DNA of 64,000 nt, from NCBI GenBank assembly GCA_951406725.2, contig OX597840.1, positions 38,998,001 through 39,062,000 of the forward strand, read 5' to 3'. Shown one piece after another: positions 59,742 through 64,000 of the stretch (the stretch's first letter is position 1; each line of letters opens with the position of its first letter). Under the pieces are notes generated by a model. The model saw only the letters and a program-made list of their open reading frames with translations, was not told the DNA's origin and made no database searches. Position numbers and translations under genes: made by a program. The stretch comes from Octopus vulgaris. Taxonomy: Eukaryota.

Positions 59742-60650
59742 GTTTCTTTATTGGCCATACAGGGCTGCACACAGATGGGACAAGTTACAAGGTAGAGCTT
59801 TTCTTTTGGGGGATGAAAAAAACAAAAAACAAAAGAAACAAAAAAAAGGTGGCGTAGGTTTTCGATCAAAAGGGATCGTAAAAGGGAAAAAATGAACAAA
59901 AATTAAAAAATAAAATAAAAGGAAAAGGAACAAAAGAAAAGAGAAATGAAAAAAAAAGGAAGAAAAAAAGGGGGGAAAAAGAGGAAGTGGAAAAAAAAAC
60001 GATCAATAGGGATCGTGTATCACAGTGTTATGATGTATGGTGTAAAGGGGAAAGCAAGTAAGGTTTATCCGTGGGAAGAAAAGCCTACGAAAACGACCAC
60101 GGTAACCTTGGTCAATATTGTTATATGTTACCACATTTGTTTGCAAGTGGGTAACCCTCTGTTTTCAATTTCTGGGTCCTAGGATTATGCTCAAGGTGGC
60201 TTCGTCATTCATACGTACCATCCTTGCTACATTCACCCATCATTTTTTAAAACATTCGCTAGACAAAACTTGCCTCTCTACTTTCGCTTTCCTTTTCAAG
60301 TGGTACTTGAAGATGTTGATGAGAGGTTGACCAGAGAGGAAAGTGTTTGTCTCCAATCCTTTCAGACGCGTCCACCAGATACATTCTTTCGCCATAGCCA
60401 CAAGGATGATGAAAATAGCTCTTTCTTCCCGTTTGAAGGAAGGAGGCGTGACAATATTGACGATAGACTCAGCTGTTAAACCGACTCGTCCCACACGTGA
60501 CAGCAGTTGTTTGACATAAGCCCACAGGTCGGAAATTGCTGGACACTGCACGAGTGCGTGCAGAACGGTTTCGTCGCTCTGCCCGCATCTCGGGCAGGTC
60601 GGCCCCTTGTTTCTCGAGCCGTGTCTGTAGAGCTTATCCCGAACGGGTAG
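59742..60650 (-). mobile_element. 5'-truncated L1/Tx1-like LINE, copy 2 (variant 3' UTR)
   Basis: Same zinc-finger coding region with a diverged UTR. The 3' end is GGCCAATAAAGAAAC. Flanked by (GATA)n. Confidence 0.88.
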
Positions 60651-60673
60651 ATGATAGATAGATAGATAGATAT

Positions 60674-61977
60674 GTTTCTTTATTAGCCACACAGGGCTGC
60701 ACACAGATAGAACAAATTACAAGGTAGAGCTTTTCTTTTGAAGGTAAAAAAAAAAAAAAAAAAGGAAGGGGAGTTTCGATCAAAAGGGATCGTAAAAGGA
60801 GAGAAAGAGGACAAAAAAGGGGGTAAAAAAAAAAGGGGGAGAGGAAAAAAAAATTGATCAATAGGGATCGTTATCACAGAAATGTCAATATGAAGTGTAA
60901 AATGGAGGACAGGTGAGGTTTACCCGTGGAAAGAAAAGCCTACGGAAAAGACCACGGTAACCTCGGTCAATGGAGTCACATGTTATATTTCTTTTTTTTT
61001 TTTGCAAATAAGCAACTCTCTGTTTTCAATTTCTGGGTTCATAGAATCATGCTCAAGGTGGCTTCGTCATTCATACGTGCCATTCTTGCTACATTCACCC
61101 ATCTTTTTTTAAAACATTCGCTAGACAAAACTTGCCTCTCTACTCTCACTTTCCTTTTCAAGTGGTACTTGAAGAAGTTGATGAGAGATTGACCAGAGAG
61201 GAAAGTGTTTGTCTCCAATCCTTTCAGACGCGTCCACCAGATACATTCTTTCGCCATAGCCACAAGGATGATGAAAATAGCTCTTCTTCCCGTTTGAAGG
61301 AAGGAGGCTTGACAATATTAACGATAGACTCAGCTGATAAACCGACTCGTCCCACACGTGACAGCAGTTGTTCGACACAAGCCCACAGGTCGGAAATTGT
61401 TGGACACTGCACGAGTGCGTGCAGAACGGTTTCGTCGCTCTGACCGCATCTCGGGCAGGTCGGCCCCGTGTTTCTCGAGCCGTGTCTGTAGAGCTTATCC
61501 CGAACGGGTAGCGCTTCTCGGTAGCACTGCCAGGCCAGGGATCTCTGGAAGTTGTCCATCGGCCCTGGCCCGAAAGTCGTCCTGAACAGGCGGGTCAGGT
61601 ACTCCTCGTCGACGTCCAGGTTCGCCCCGAGCTCGTCGTCGTACCTCCTCCACTAAACCCCTATAGAATGCTTTGGTTGTGTTGAAGTCACTTAAGGTCG
61701 ACTCCGGGACGGCAGAGTTGCTTGAGAGCAACGCGACACTCGCGGTGCCATTCGCCCTTCTTCGGCCTCTTTTTGATCCACGACTGCAGTTCGGTCATGG
61801 AGACGAGCTGCGGGAAAGCGTGCCTCACAAACGGCGACCACACCTGTTCACCGTCGTCTACATAGAGCCAGAGATGTCGCAGTCTCAGCGCGTGTCAGCG
61901 CATCATCAACCACGGCATGCCCAGCCCTCCTTTTAACGGGTGTTGACATCAAATGGATCGCCTGACCATCGGGACGC
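60674..61977 (-). mobile_element. 5'-truncated L1/Tx1-like LINE, copy 3 (longest, frameshifted)
   Basis: Extends upstream to a PLKGGLGMP motif typical of the post-RT region of L1/Tx1 ORF2. The 3' UTR is nearly identical to copy 1. Confidence 0.88.
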
Positions 61978-62059
<82 letters not shown>

Positions 62060-62068
62060 GGATGGATG

Positions 62069-62144
<76 letters not shown>

Positions 62145-62235
62145 TATATGGATGGATGGATGGATGGATGGATGGATGGATAGATAGATAGATAGACAGG
62201 TAGATAGACAGATAGATAGATAGATAGATAGATAT

Positions 62236-62284
<49 letters not shown>

Positions 62285-62628
62285 CATGTATATGTGTATG
62301 TATGTGTGTATGTATGTATGTCTTTATGTATGTAGAATCTGATATGGTAAGATAATTTCTGGATGCACTATGTTGAATTAAAGAGCTGGCTAGTCTAGGC
62401 AGCAGCACCTTTCATTGTAAGTATATTAAACCAAGCCCAGCAACCTCGCGCTAATAGCAAAATCGCCATCAGCGTATACAAGATTCATCCAACTTCGTTT
62501 AAGCGTTTCACTTATTACCAGACGTGTTGCACCCTCCCCCCAAAAGACTGTTTCTTAAATATTCTGATACCGTGGAAAATGTAAATACGCTTTTCAGAGA
62601 ATTAGTTGTAATATTATACTATTTTCGT

Positions 62629-62962
62629 AGTATACTAGCCATCTTAATATGGCTAACCACTAGGGGAGTGTTACTGTAGCTTTTTAGCCACAGGAGATCA
62701 TCGTCTCCAGTTGGCTTTAGACACAACCTTGTGCTCTTTAATGATATTCGCAAAGGGAGGTCATCCACTCTCGAAAACCTAAGTGATACGCATGGACTGC
62801 AGGTTTTCGAGAGGGGATGACCTCCCTTTGCGAATATCATTAAAGGGCTGCAGGATTGTGTCTCAAAGCCAGCTGGAGACGATGATCTCCTGGGACTAAA
62901 AAGCTACAGTAACACCCCCTCCACCCCTAGTGGTTAGCCATATTAAGATGGCTGAGTATACT
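62629..62962. repeat. Long fold-back hairpin (~150-bp arms, ~19-nt loop); MITE-like or inverted pLTR
   Basis: 62629-62780 is reverse-complementary to 62800-62962, with scattered mismatches and one ~9-nt indel. Confidence 0.9.
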
Positions 62963-63025
62963 TTACGTTGTCGAACGCTTACTCTTTACATCTCGCTCAG
63001 AGATTTATTGTTGCTTTATACTATA

Positions 63026-63434
63026 CTCTTTACTCTTTTACTCTTTACTTTTATTTGTTTCAGTCATTTGACTGCGGCCATGCTGGAGCACCGCCTTTAG
63101 TCGAGCAAATCGACCCCGGGACTTATTCTTTGTAAGCCCAGTACTTATTCTATCGGTCTCTTTTGCCGAACCGCTAAGTGACGGGGACGTAAACACACCA
63201 GCATCGGTTGTCAAGCAATGCTAGAGGGACAAACACAGACACACACATACATATATATGTATACATATATACGACAGGCTTATTTCAGTTTCCGTCTACC
63301 AAATCCACTCACAAGGCATTGGTCGGCCCGAGGCTATAGCAGAAGACATTTGCCCAAGATGCCACGCAGTGGGACTGAACCCAGAACCATGTGGTTGGTA
63401 GGCAAGCTACTTACCACACAGCCACTCCTGCGCC
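63026..63434 (-). mobile_element. SINE family B, full length (older or partial copies at ~9383-9610, 32712-32820, 33110-33507, 34855-35012)
   Basis: Complete head, core and (AGAGTAA)n-like tail. Confidence 0.92.
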
Positions 63435-63854
63435 TATTTTCATTTTTATTTTAATTTTCCTAGGACATATTCTTCAAGATTGAAACTAATAAGATATTTC
63501 TCTAAAAGAGATTCAAGTCTTCAGATACGCCATGTTCATTATGAGAATATTTTCTAAAAAAACATATAAAGAAGGCTGAATGAATTACTTCAAAAAATAA
63601 ATGTAATAAATATATATAACAATATGAGATATCCCTTAATCTCCTGAAAAAAAAATTAGAGAAGACGAACGGTACAGGATGAAGCCAAACAAAACCAAAT
63701 ATCCTAATGATAAAAAAACTGGAAAAAAAGTAGAAAAGCTTTTATATTGTGTCGACGTATGTTAAATATAACACACACGAATCGCTGTATGTGTTTGTGC
63801 GGGTGTATGTGTGAGACTGTGTAGGTCTGTAAGTATTATATACATTGGTATATA

Positions 63855-63916
<62 letters not shown>

Positions 63917-63952
63917 GATGGATAGATAGATAAATATATAGATATATATATA

Positions 63953-64000
<48 letters not shown>

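Noticed and set aside
58939-59772. 277-aa ORF as a functional gene
   Set aside because: It is a fusion of (TATC)n and a 5'-truncated LINE ORF2 lacking RT and endonuclease domains.

Overview
This is AT-rich eukaryotic non-coding DNA dominated by microsatellites ((TA)n, (CA)n, (GATA)n, (GAA)n, (GAT)n) and interspersed repeats. The style and SINE families suggest a cephalopod, probably Octopus (inference). I recognise no intact host protein-coding gene, and nearly all supplied ORFs are microsatellite artefacts. Recognisable content: four tRNA-derived SINE families with swapped modules; three tandem 5'-truncated L1/Tx1-like LINE copies inside a (GATA)n tract; two R4/Dong-like LINE remnants; two Tc1/mariner remnants; and non-autonomous Helitrons. 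The most interesting layer is a set of short elements next to (TA)n tracts that carry type I hammerhead ribozymes: two have intact cores (36269-36338, 55344-55433) and several are decayed. Some sit inside fold-back inverted repeats, consistent with Penelope-like retroelement terminal repeats. In one case the fold-back apex coincides with hammerhead stem II. The most abundant SINE shares its 3' tail with the Tx1-like LINE and forms head-less tandem multimers. All calls come from reading the sequence by eye, with no database searches.
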